DNA from: Trichodelitschia bisporula
Taxonomy: Eukaryota
DNA: 64,000 nt
Direction: 5' to 3'
NCBI GenBank assembly: GCA_010356995.1
Contig: ML996690.1
Span: forward strand, 203,101 to 267,100
The notes beneath the pieces are model-generated. The model was not told the DNA's origin. It made no database searches and saw only the letters and a list, made by a program, of their open reading frames with translations. Below, in pieces: positions 11,701 through 23,405 of this stretch (position 1 is the stretch's first letter; every line of letters starts with the position of its first letter). A program made the translations under genes and the position numbers.

Positions 11701-14700
11701 GTTCATGTGCTTTGTGGTGTACAACCTCAAGCTCGAGACTTGTGTCATGCGCGATGAGTTCGTCCTGATTCCTGCCGTGTTGCCTGGTGGCACATTGAAT
11801 ACCGAAAGGCGGGAAGCTAGCCCGGCCCTAGAGACTTCCGGTAGCGAAAAGGTTCAGAATGGCGAGGGGGACAACGATGAAATGATCACACAGGAGTCCG
11901 AGGCCGTGAAAGCTCAACCGGTGGCACCTGGGGCTGAAACCGCGCGGCCTGCTCCGGTCGCCACGCCGTCGTTCTACAACGATGTGGTTGAGAAGCATCA
12001 GACTAGAGTTATTTCCTCTTCCCCCTTTGTGAAATTCACTCAGCCTTACCTTCTGACCCAGGCACGCGAGTTGGAAGCGAAACTAGAACAGCTCAAATCA
12101 TTGCGCGACCAGTATCTGTCAGACTCCGAGGACACGTCGAACTCCGACCCGCATCACTTCGAGCTTGTTGAGCCTGAGATGGTCCACAGGGTCGTGGAGA
12201 AGCCGTCCAAGCAAGTCCGCGACTTCCTGTTCGCTGTCCACAACGCCGAATACGAAAAGGCCCGACATCATTACCTAACGCAGAAGCGACAGTGGGAGAT
12301 GTACCTGACCAACAATGCGAGCCTGTTTGATCCATTCAACCATCAGCGCATCGCGGTCCTGTACAGTATGGTCAACACGCGAACATCTACGCCTTGTGCT
12401 GGACCTGACATCATTGCTCTGAGCTTCTACAACGAACACGATTTGGAGCACTTCTTTCTACCTGACATCCCACTTGGGCAATATGTGGAGGACCTCTGTC
12501 AAGGCGCCGACAGCTTATGCTCTGCGAATGGCTGTGAGGATCCCATGTTCAACCACCACCGCCAGTATGTCCACGGTGACGGGCAAATGAGCGTCATGGT
12601 GCAGTCGTACCCCGCTCGGATCCGCGGCATGCAGAATACGGTACTCATGTGGAGCTGCTGCCGGATCTGTCAACGGGAGACAGGGCCCATGCCTATGAGT
12701 GAAAATACTTGGAAGTACTCATTTGGCAAATATCTGGAGTTGACCTTTTGGAGCACGGAGCTACACCCACGCAGCTCTGAATGCACCCATGACATCCACC
12801 GCGACCACTATCGTTATTTTGGGTTCAACAACATCGCTGTCAGGGTCCAGTGGGACCCAGTCAATCTGCATGAGATCATTGTCCCGAAGCCTACTATCAC
12901 GTGGAAGGTTGATTCTGACTTGAAGATCAAAAATCAACAGTATCATCGATTCAAAGAACGGCTGGATCGGTTTATGACTTCCCTCAAGACGCGAATCCGG
13001 AGTATTAACATCGAGTCAATCGCGCCCGAAAAGCAAGAGGCGTGCAAGGCGGCCATTGAAGAGCTGATGCAGCGCGCGAACGACGACCACACGGCGTTGG
13101 TCCACAACCTGCAGGAGAAGTACATGACCTCCCGTTACTACGAAGTGATCCCGATGAACCGTGCCGCCAGGGCGATTCACGAGAATTCTATTGCCTGGGA
13201 TGACGCCTTTGCTGAGTTCGAGAAGAACTTCTTCCCTTCCGAAAAGGATATTCGTCGGCTTGCGGCCATCCAGCTCAAGAAACTGTTTTTAGAGCGGGAT
13301 GAAAGCACGTCTTCGATACCCACCGTCGACGAAAGTCTTGAGGAAAAGGATATTGTCCCAGAAACTCCAGAAGTGTCCCGCAAGTTGTCAACCATGTCTC
13401 CAGAGGACACCCACAATGCCCTCAGTACTATTGTCAAGGAGCAACAACTAAGCGAAAAGGACGGCATGCACAGTTCGACCGAGGAGAGCACGCTCGCCAC
13501 TAGCAAATCTTCCACCGCCACTGTGGAGAGTCCCATTGAAGCCCTCGAACATGAAAGTGTCAAGCATCTCGATTTGGCTGTCAGTTCGGAGTTCCCCTCA
13601 CCTGCGGTGCCTGAAATGAAGGAGGTAGCTCCCAATCTTCCTCCTGAGCCACCCACTCCCCAGGCCTTGGAGCTCTCCCCTCAAGTCACCAAGAGCGTTG
13701 AGCAGATGCGGACGTCGCCGGACAAAGCAGAGGCACCGGAGACCCCCATGGTGGAGTCGAAGATTCCGCGCCCTACGCCAGAGCTGCGCCGCCCAGGACC
13801 TCGCATCTCGCCGCCTCTCTTCCGAACGCATTCCCAACCGGCTGCAGGCTTCATCCCGCGGGCGCAAAGCAGCGCAGCCCTTCCGACCAACTCCTCTACT
13901 ACGAACCTGAACACCATCCGCCCAGAAAAACTATCGCGTATGATAGCCGATCCTGCTCGGCGCATGAACTCCACTGGCTTCCGCGGCGGACGGGCTATCT
14001 CCCAGAGTTTGATTCCCCGCTCTGTGGCCGGCCCATCCTCCGTCAAGAAGGATAGTCGGGTGTCGACGCTTGCGAAGCATTTTGAACAGCTGAGCCGCGA
14101 ATTCGAGAAGCAGCGCATGCGTGACCGGGAGATGCGAGTTGAGCGCGGGCGGCAAGCTCGGGCTTATCCTCTGGGATCGTCTAAACCCATTGTCAGCGTG
14201 TACCGTGACGCGCACGAGGCGGTTCAGGAGCCGGAGAGCGAGGGGCAGAGCCGCATGGAAAGCAGTGCTGTCACCGAGTCAACCGCGGAAACCGGGACAT
14301 CCACCGAGCCGATTTCGACCGGCGATGCATCTTCGTTAGCCGAGACTCCAGTCGATATTGAAGCGCCGCCGGAGGACGAACATGAAGCCGGCGAGCCAGT
14401 TGAAGGGGAGCCGGAAGGCGAAGGCAGCGATGCCGACCATGTCAGCGTCGAAGATCACGACCTCCCAGAAACTACGGCGTCCCATTCCCCAACCGATTCG
14501 TCCCTCGAGCTGACCCTCGAGCTCCCCAAGCACGAGAAGACATCCTTAATGCGCATGCTGACGTCCTTCTGGAGCGAGCGCTCTGCCAGCGGCTGGGCGC
14601 CACTCGAGTATCCGTTCGCGAGCAACGAGCACGTGTGGGGCGACTCGGATGTGATTGTGCGCGAGGACGAGCCTAGCAGCATCATCGCACTTGCGCTCTC

Positions 14701-15774
14701 CAGCAATGATTATCTTGAGAAGGTGGCGAACTTCCGGGGCATAGACAGCGAGGAAGAGTCCGTCGAGCGCAACCTGCGGCATCCAAAGAACACGAACATC
14801 AAATACGAGTTTCAGAATCGCGGCGTGCGGGCGCAATGCAAAATCTTTTACGCGGAGAGCTTCGACGCCCTGCGTCGCAAGACGGCTGTGGCGGAGCGGT
14901 TCGTCGAGAGTCTCAGTCGCTCGCTCAAATGGGACTCCAAGGGCGGGAAGACGAAAAGTCTGTTTCTCAAGACGATGGACGATCGCTTCGTGCTCAAGAG
15001 TCTGTCACAAGTTGAGGTGAACGCCTTTTTCAAGTTCGCGCCCAACTACTTTGCCTTCATGCATCAGACACTCTTCCACGGTCTACCGTCCGTCATTGCG
15101 AAGATGTTCGGGCTTTTCCAGGTCACGATTCGCAACGCCGCGAGCGGTACCGAGTTCAACTGGTACATGCTGGTGATGGAGAATTTGTTTTACGAGCGTA
15201 CGCCCAACCGGCGGTTTGACCTCAAGGGTTCCATGCGCAACCGCAAAATTCATAGCACTGGTGACAGTGACGAAGTCCTACTGGACGAGAACCTCGTCGA
15301 CCTCATCTTCGAGAAGCCCATCTTTGTGCGCGAGCACACGATGAAGCTTCTCCGAGCGAGCGTGTGGAACGACACGCTGTTTCTGTCAAAACAGAACGTC
15401 ATGGACTACAGCCTGATGGCGGGCTTTGATGATGAAGAGATGGAGATTGTGGTTGGCATCATTGGTAAACTTCTCACCTTCATTTACTGACAAAACTAAC
15501 GCGGTTAGATTGTATCCGCACGTACACATGGGACAAGAAACTCGAGACCTGGATCAAGGACCGTGGCAAGAATAAGCCGACTGTCACATCGCCCAAGGAC
15601 TACCGCAACCGCTTCCGCATCGCTATGGGGAAATACATACTGCAGGCACCTAACAGTTGGCATCAGTTCCAGACGGCACATATTCAGGGTCGGCCGGTGC
15701 GTCTGCGGAGCGGGTATGAGGATCATGCGCCCGGTGGGCATGGTATCGAGGGGGAGAGGCTTGATGAGGAATAG
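8729..15774 (+). CDS. FAB1: 1-phosphatidylinositol-3-phosphate 5-kinase Fab1/PIKfyve
   Basis: FYVE finger ([22 protein letters not shown]), CCT/TCP1-like domain ([15 protein letters not shown]), and PIP kinase domain ([18 protein letters not shown]). Intron 15465-15508 restores [16 protein letters not shown]; stop TAG at 15772-15774. Confidence 0.96.
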
Positions 15775-17288
15775 AGGTGCATTTTTTGGAGTATTGGGTG
15801 CTGGGGAGAAGTCGGTTGGCATGAGCGATTAGCGGGCTGTCGGAATCATTCGGTTGTTGTGAGCGATCAGCGAGCGGTGTTGCGCGATTCTGCCTGTCTG
15901 CGAACGGCGTTGGAGTCATGGGCATTACATGCGGTGGGCAGTATGACAGAGTAAGTGGCTGGTGAGACTCAGGTACGTTGGTAGTGTGCATTGAACTTTT
16001 CGTGGCGACTGCGGTGAGCGTTCGGGGATACCATAGCATCATACCCCCTCGGTTTAGGATGGCGAATCACTACATTATTTTGCTTGCTCACTGTTGGTTC
16101 CCTTGCACTGTGCTGCTTCGAAGGTGAGCAATCGCCATACTGCCCTTGGCCCATTGTTGCCTCTCTAGTTCTAGGTCCTGGCTGCTGTATCAAGCTCCTG
16201 TTGTGCGACCGGCCCGGACCCAAGACTACCGCACCTCCCCTCCCCTAACCCACTACTCCACGCCCAGCCATTCCGAAGGCTGTCACATTCTCCGCACGGC
16301 CTACTGGTAAGGTGTTCCGTAACACTCAACCGCTCCCCCGCACCAACCCTGGGATTTGGCCAGAGAGCTTCACCTCGGAGGCGCCTTCCCTTGCAGGGCG
16401 CTGTGATCGGTGATTTCTAGTAAAGTCAAAGTCTATGAGTGACGAGATTGATGGATAGTTATCACTACTTCATAAACTTTATCCATCCTAGAAAGGAATT
16501 TTATAGGCTGCGGCATGAACTGGTGGATTGGTGGAGTGGAAGTGGTTAGTGCCGGGTAACCTTGAACTAATCACTCTGCATTGTTGACGCTAGACCTTTC
16601 ACTTCCTCTTTCATTTTGGGCATTTGAGCAGGCATTACCCGCGCATGGTTGATCGGTCATCTCAAACCCATAATGAAGCCCATGTGATTCGAAGGGTGAC
16701 AAAAGTTCGGATGTGGGCCACATTATTTGGACGTTCATGTGTCCAGAGGTATATTCTTTGCGCCCTATTCATGATGCCAGGCTGAATCGTGAGGTGGGGT
16801 GTACACGCTTCGATTGATGCACTTTCTAAAAACAACCGTGCATCTGAGAGATTAGCAAGTACAAATACCAAGATGAAAGGCGTGCAGCCATATATGCGCC
16901 CGATCTGGGGGTCATTGAGTGCTTCATCAGGTGGCTATTTTGGGAAACAGGAAGGTTTGGATCGGGTACATGCCGCAATAGAGGAACGGACCCCGGTTCT
17001 CGGGTATTAAAGGCCAAATTTATGCACGCTATCTCATTCATATTCAAGCACATTTCACGTTGCAAAGCACGATCTTCCGCGGGACATTCAGTGTATTTCC
17101 TATGATATGGATCGTTTGACAGGAATTAAACAGTCAAGTACGAATTGTGTACAAAATTCTCATGAAATGGTCCACCTTAAACGCCCGCACATTTTTTTGT
17201 TCAAATCCACACAAGCAGACAATCAGCTACATTCGGAATGAGGCGTCCATGAACCCATGATGTTGGAGTGATTGTCGAGCACTGAAGT

Positions 17289-18776
17289 TTAGGTGGGTTT
17301 GAGTTGTTCTAGGCGCGTCAAGAGAGCCTCCAACGCCCCGATGTCCATGTCAAGCAGGTCGACCGGCTGATAAGGACCCGTCGGCGGAGCGGAGAATGCG
17401 GGCGGGGTGGTCGCAGCTAAGGCGGTTTGCGGTGAGTTCTGGAAATGACGATGAACCGGTGGAGTGGTGATTGCGGGAGGAGCCACGGCGGTGGTGAATG
17501 CGAGCGGAGGCATGTCGGCGGTGAGAGGGGGAAGAGCCACAGCGGCGGCGACTGTAGTAGGAGCCACAGCGGTGGTGACTATAGTAGAAGCCACGGTAGT
17601 AGTTGGAGTGGTAGAGATGTCAGGGTTGGCGGAGGTGGCAGTTGGAAGAACGATGCTGGCAGAGCCAGTGGTGGACGCTGCAACTTGTGCAGGCGAAGCA
17701 TTCCAGTTTGACTGAGGAATTTGAGGAGCAATTTCCGGTGTCGAAGAGTTGGACCCTGCAAACGGCAGCACTCCGATCGGCGTCCTCACCGAAGTGCGCA
17801 GCATTGCAGCGGTCATGACGAGTGCAGGATCGCGCGGCGGAGCGCTCTCAACATCCATGCCCTCCTTCTCTCTATGCACCGTGGTACACAAGATCTCATC
17901 GACCAGCAGGGCCAGGCCGGGGCAGGTCGCCTCCCAGAAGGCAAACGCCTCCTTCCACACCTCAGCATCGCGGTCTGGGAACTTGCGCCGAGTGGCCGTG
18001 ATGAAGAGGTGGGCAGCCCAGCGAATCATCCGGGAGTTCATGTCAATGAATCCCTGGTAGAAGAGCAACAACGACACCTTATTGAGACCTTCTATGTTGA
18101 CTGCCTTCCGGATGGACTCGCGCAGACGGAACGGGTCGTGAAGCGGCGCTTTCAGCTCCAGCAGCTCCAGGACATGGAAGATGGAGAGGAGGGTGATGAG
18201 ATCTTCGTCTCCCTTCAGTGGATACTGGTACTTTCCATAGAAAGTTGCCGGGACTGGAACTTTGAGCGTGTTGAGCCACAAAAGGACGTTTCGAAGAACC
18301 GGGATGTCTACGTGCTCTATGAATGAAGCGGGGAGGATGAGATTCGGCTGATTAGGGTTCAGGGCACTCGCAACCTTCAGGTAGCGACACACCCAGTTCG
18401 AGACGTGGACCAACTTGTTGAGACTGACGGCAAGACCCAGAGGCATCACGGCACTCTCGCCGCTGTGTTTGACAACGATGACTGAAGGGGAGACCGGAAC
18501 AATGCTGGAGCGCAGTTTGAACTCGTCGACCGGGTGTTTGACGGTGCGGCGCCACTTCTTCAAGTCATCGGTGCCATCAATCTCTTTGGCAATCATCTGC
18601 AGGGCCGGAACAACCTCCTCCATGGAGTAGAGTGTGTGCTTCGCCAGAATCGCAGCCGTGATCACATCATAGCGGTCGAAGAGCTTGAAGAGGATGCGCA
18701 GCATTTCAGCATCGTCGATGGTCGGGAAAGCTGCCTGGTATTTGACCAGAGCGCTTGAAATCTGTACTGAAGACAT
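17289..18776 (-). CDS. Unknown-family protein, paralog A (495 aa; probable divergent BTB-like core, Thr/Ala/Pro-rich tail)
   Basis: Intronless ORF from a good-context ATG (GCACCATG). Its motif GKYQYPLKGDEDLITLLS...LLELKAPLHD is shared with the two neighbouring genes. Confidence 0.8.
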   Translation of the reverse strand: MSSVQISSALVKYQAAFPTIDDAEMLRILFKLFDRYDVITAAILAKHTLYSMEEVVPALQMIAKEIDGTDDLKKWRRTVKHPVDEFKLRSSIVPVSPSVIVVKHSGESAVMPLGLAVSLNKLVHVSNWVCRYLKVASALNPNQPNLILPASFIEHVDIPVLRNVLLWLNTLKVPVPATFYGKYQYPLKGDEDLITLLSIFHVLELLELKAPLHDPFRLRESIRKAVNIEGLNKVSLLLFYQGFIDMNSRMIRWAAHLFITATRRKFPDRDAEVWKEAFAFWEATCPGLALLVDEILCTTVHREKEGMDVESAPPRDPALVMTAAMLRTSVRTPIGVLPFAGSNSSTPEIAPQIPQSNWNASPAQVAASTTGSASIVLPTATSANPDISTTPTTTVASTIVTTAVAPTTVAAAVALPPLTADMPPLAFTTAVAPPAITTPPVHRHFQNSPQTALAATTPPAFSAPPTGPYQPVDLLDMDIGALEALLTRLEQLKPT

Positions 18777-19449
18777 GGTGCGTTCAACAATTGAGGTTAG
18801 GTTTGTGGTTTGAAAGTTTCTGCGAACGGTGATTGTTCTGACCGCAGGCAAAGAGTGAAACGATAAATGATTTTGAGAGGATGGTGCAAGCGACTGGCAA
18901 ATGATGAAAAGCGCGGAGTTTGAGGGGTGGTTGAAGGGTGAAAGAAATTGCGGTGGAAGAAGTGACGGTGGAAGAATGTTTGAGGAGAGAAAATTGAGGA
19001 TTGCTGAAGAATGAAGTTGAAAGATAGAAAATGGTGTGGTCCTCCAGGTCCGAGCAACTGAAGCATATATCTTGGCGACGTCTACCGAATCGGGATATAC
19101 CTGCCAAGCCTGCCGCATACGGTCGCGGCAAATCCAAAACTCCAAATGCTCCTTCCTTGGCCTGTGCTCAGTGTATATAGACAATCATTCACTGTTGTTA
19201 GCGAAAGTCACGGCCTGGGCGAGGGGGGGGGGGGGTACATATACCGGCTCCTCAATCTGCTTTTACACTTCTTCTTGTACAACCCATTTCACAGTTCGCA
19301 AGCCCATCATCACGCACCCCAATCCTCAGTTCTTTTTTTCGACAGCAACACCCCTCACCACACTTCGATCAACTTTACCCCCTCCTCAGTTATTCAGCCA
19401 ACAGTCTCGGACTCAGCTTTTGATCAAACGCAACTCCACTGTCTTCAAA

Positions 19450-21009
19450 ATGGTGGGTCATTCAACTCTGAAGCCCATGGCCGCGATCAAGAGACCCGCA
19501 ATCACCTTCGACACGAACACCCTTCCTCAAGCTGCTTACATGGCAGTCAAAGGCTCGGACAACACCACGGATCTCAACGGCGAGTTGATGAAGTACGGCA
19601 ACATCGTTCCAGGGGCGGATCCCGACGTGGTTCGCAAGCTGTTCCACTTGTTTGCTCGCTACCCAAATCCGTCGATGGGGTACCTTTGCAACGCCACAGA
19701 CACCAACAAGGGTCAGCTTCTCAACATTCTCAAGGCCATTGCGCAGGAAGCCACCGGCGCTGGAGAGAACGGTTGGGTGTTGTCGGTCAAAGCTCCCATT
19801 GACGCTGTTCAGCTTCCAGCCGGCGTTGTTGATGTCACTCGCGCGTTGTTTGTGGTTGTTCGCTATGACAATAAGGGGCAAGCGATGTACAAGAAGGTCA
19901 GCACGAACATCACAGTTATGAAGCTCTGTCATGCTTCTAACTGGGTGTCTCGCCACGTCTCTGTCATGAAAGTCAACGGCTCTGCAGCTTGTGATCAGCC
20001 AAAGCAGGAGTTGGTCATTACCTTCCCCTCCCACTTCGCGAACTTTATCAATCCTAACACCATCGTGCGCCTTGGACTCTGGATCGGATCCTGCCAGCTT
20101 CCTGCTAGCGCAGCCTATAAGGGTAAATACCAGTACCCTTTGGCTGGCACGGAAACACTCTACGAGCTGCTCAGCTTGCAGCGCATCGTCAACCTCTTGG
20201 AGCTGAAGGCGCCACTCCATGACATGTTCAAGATTCGGCACCTCATCATCGCCCGTCTCCAACAGGCGGATGTCGAGATTGATCGGGTACATCTGATTCT
20301 GATGCATCTGTGCTTCGGGGATGTTGACAAGCCGCTTGTTGGCTTTGCAATTGCCCGCTTCATTGAGCAAGTCCATACTGTTTGCCCCGACCCGTACGGA
20401 GGCTTATGGGCTGACATTGATGAGTTCTGGGCAACATACTACCCGGCGCTGATTCCTATCGTCAATGACATTTATATGGAGTATGAGGTCGCTCTATATA
20501 TGAACTTCCAGGATCCATCGAACTTTCCTACCATCTCCGAACTGGCTTGGAAGCACTTTTGCGTCTCGACTCGCGTCGTTGGCGCAAAGAGCGCGGGGAA
20601 AGCTCGTTCCGGCAATGGGTTTGGAGTCAAGGCCCCTGCTCATAAAGCCCAACATGTCAATGGTGGTCGGATGGTTCAGAATTCCGGGAAAAAGCATAAG
20701 GGTAGCAAGCCTCAGATTCCGAACCAGCAGAAGTCGACTTCTCAGGCTGAGGCGCTTCCTGACGCAAGGACTCCTGTCCGGGGTTCTGTGAAGGGGACGG
20801 CTCCCCTTGAGCAGATTAAAAAGCACCTGGCGAAAAATGTCAATGTCAAGGTCGTCATCAAAGAAAAGACCAACAACACGAACGGGAAGCAATCCAAGGT
20901 CGACACCAACAACGGAAAGCATCCCAAGGTCCACGTTGAGGGTGGTACTCATCCGAAGGCCACCGTCAACGACGGCAATCAGCTGAAGACCAGCAACCAT
21001 GTGGAGTAG
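19450..21009 (+). CDS. Unknown-family protein, paralog B (519 aa; the frame stays open 59 more codons after the TAG, to 21189)
   Basis: ATG in TTCAAAATG context; motif GKYQYPLAGTETLYELLS...LLELKAPLHD; transcribed divergently from paralog A. Confidence 0.82.
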   Translation: MVGHSTLKPMAAIKRPAITFDTNTLPQAAYMAVKGSDNTTDLNGELMKYGNIVPGADPDVVRKLFHLFARYPNPSMGYLCNATDTNKGQLLNILKAIAQEATGAGENGWVLSVKAPIDAVQLPAGVVDVTRALFVVVRYDNKGQAMYKKVSTNITVMKLCHASNWVSRHVSVMKVNGSAACDQPKQELVITFPSHFANFINPNTIVRLGLWIGSCQLPASAAYKGKYQYPLAGTETLYELLSLQRIVNLLELKAPLHDMFKIRHLIIARLQQADVEIDRVHLILMHLCFGDVDKPLVGFAIARFIEQVHTVCPDPYGGLWADIDEFWATYYPALIPIVNDIYMEYEVALYMNFQDPSNFPTISELAWKHFCVSTRVVGAKSAGKARSGNGFGVKAPAHKAQHVNGGRMVQNSGKKHKGSKPQIPNQQKSTSQAEALPDARTPVRGSVKGTAPLEQIKKHLAKNVNVKVVIKEKTNNTNGKQSKVDTNNGKHPKVHVEGGTHPKATVNDGNQLKTSNHVE

Positions 21010-21920
21010 GCTCACGTCAACATCCAGGAGACGAAGCCTACCGATGCGAAGCCTGCCGTGGCGGACGGCACTGCGGTCGACAACACTACTACTACGGGTC
21101 CTGCGCTGGCCACCACTACCAACGCTACCAACGACTCTGACGGGTTCGTTGCCCAGGGTCGTAAGCGCCGCGTGAGGAAGTCAGGTTAGATGGTTGAACA
21201 CTGTGATGGACTTTGTGTAGAACTTACTACTGCGGGCATCATCTGCATGCTCAGCTAGTGATGAGTTTGAAAGATAGCCAATCAATTTATCTTAAAAATG
21301 ATCGTGCTTGCTGAATCGCCAAATCGTGAGCCCAGCATGACCGGGCCCATGATTGAACATGTTAAGGGACGTAGTATGTTGGTGTGATGGCCCTTGAAGT
21401 GACGTAGAACTAAACTCGCGATACCCCTGTCCGGCTCCCGGCCCCGTAAAGCTTATATTCTTAGGACCACGGCATGACTGGATCTGAAGATATTGGACGC
21501 GTACCAATCCGACAATTTCCTAGTCACACCCTTACTACAGGACCCGATGACTCTAAGAAACGTCCCGCGAACCATGGTACCTTCAAAATTTTGGTAGTAG
21601 GCTACGATTACTACGGTCGCTTCTACGCGCCGCTGGCAACGGATCCTAAACTTGATATGAATCCCTTCGCAATGTGTACCAAAAGAACCCTCTCATGACG
21701 CGAGAGTGGGATTATGTATACGTGTATCTTGAATGGGTACTTGTCCACTGGCACTTTTGCCTATCCTTTGTTCCAGTTCCCGTGAGTATAAAGTCTGCTG
21801 GTCTCCCTCAGAACTCACCCTGTCTTCAACCTTCTCCCCGCTCCACACACGCTACTACTCATTCAGCCATCACTCAACACATCCATCACTCAGTTTACTC
21901 CACGCTCAATACAATTCAAC

Positions 21921-23405
21921 ATGGCGCCCAGCTCCGTCATCTCCGACTCCTCTACCGCCTCCAACTCCTCTACCGCCTCCGACTCCTCTGCATTCTCCGG
22001 CTTCTCTACCGACTCCTACTTGTCTTTTGCCTCCGACATCTCCACCCCATTCTTGGGATTCAATCCTCACGCAATAAATTCCAATATGTCTCCTAGCTCC
22101 AAAATCTCTGACTTCTCTACCACTTCCGACATCTCCACCCCATTCTTGTGGTTGTACGGGTATCCCCACGCGATAAATTCCAACATATCTCTCAGCTCCA
22201 TGATCTCCGACTTCTCTACCGCTTCCGACTCCTCTACCGCCTCCCACTCCTCTACCAAATCCGATACCTCTGACGTCACCCAGATCTTACCGCAGTTTGT
22301 TCAAAAAGCGCAAAATGAAGGCTTGGAAATTTTTCAAATCGCTTTCCCGGCCTCCGACCCAAACGTGGTTCGGCAGCTTTTTACTGCTTTAGACAGATTC
22401 AAAAACAATACTTCAAAATATCTATCCGAAGTTACCGGCAAAGATCTGTCGGTCCTCCTCCCAGCGCTCACGATGATCGCTCAGGAGCACAAGCCCTCAG
22501 GTCGCGGTGACTCGTACTGGACGCGATTAATTGGTATCCCGCGTCCAGAGGACCTTGCGAAGTTCTGCGGCTACCTCGAAGAAGGAAATGAAGCAGAGTG
22601 GACCGCAGAGACGTACCCAGCGCTGTCTATGGAATCCCCCGAACTAGCATAGTATGTTCGCTGCTTGCGTAAAAGCATCAAGTGTAGGAACTTAGCTTTG
22701 ACTTCCAACCTGTTTGCCCGCCGAGTATCGGCTCACCGATGTCCGCCGATGGGAGATTGCTGGCAGTCATGCGTGATTGCGTGCTCTCTGGAAATTGACG
22801 CTACGTGTGTGGAGCGAGGTACTCAATGGCTGACAACCGTTGACCTGTCTTCGTCCGACCGTTATCAGGGGAAATTTCAGATGCCGCTTACAGGACGCGA
22901 GACCTTGCAAGAACTCTTATCACTTCAATGGCTGGTCGACGGCCTGGATCTAAAAGCACCATTCCACGACCAGTGGCGTCTCCGCAAAGCCATAATGTCC
23001 CGTCTTAAAAAAATCCAACTCCCAACAATAACCCACCTGGCAATGACCTACCTCTCTTTCAACGAGTTCGACAAAGTCTTTGTCCGCTGGGCCGCAATCC
23101 GGTGTGTCGAGAGTTTGTGGTTGCTCTACCCAGCAAACCGTTTTGCTAAGCTGTACCCTGACTTCTGGGAAGAGTACTATTCCGAGGTGTGTGAGATGGT
23201 CGACGAGTTGTGCGCAGATCCGCGAAGCAAGGGCGCTCTCACGGATGATCTGCCGATGGAAGGATGGTCGTGGCCATATGAGACCGACGCCTTCGAGGCC
23301 TATCAGGACTGGAGCAAGTGCCGGTGGAACTTCCGTCAGCCGGCGACAAAGGATCTAAGCGAGGAGGGCTTCATGTTTCCCGGGCGGAAGGGGCGTGCGA
23401 AGTAG
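21921..23405 (+). CDS. Unknown-family protein, paralog C, interrupted by one in-frame TAG at 22650-22652 (recoded gene or pseudogene)
   Basis: ORFs 21921..22652 and 22665..23405 are in the same frame. The N-half (FPASDPNVVRQLF...LTMIAQE) and C-half (GKFQMPLTGRETLQELLS...LDLKAPFHD) both align colinearly with A and B. TATAAA at about 21787. Confidence 0.75.
21930..22260 (+). repeat. Internal Ser-rich repeats in the 5' part of paralog C
   Basis: About 18-bp units (CTCCTCTACCGCCTCCGA-like) plus a ~95-bp duplication encoding SDISTPFL...PHAINSN twice. Confidence 0.75.

Noticed and set aside
16600..17100. AT-richer segment with an intron-like GCTAAT..CAG on the minus strand
   Set aside because: I could not assemble a coherent ORF or find similarity to the paralogs or to transposons.
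18777..19449. N-terminal extensions of ORFs 17289..19184 and 19036..21009 that overlap each other
   Set aside because: Non-ATG starts in promoter/UTR sequence; paralog similarity begins only after the ATGs at 18776 and 19450.
22652..22687. Intron removing the TAG of paralog C
   Set aside because: The GTATGT donor exists, but in-phase acceptors give a 24-nt intron or recreate TAG, and there is no CTRAC branch point.
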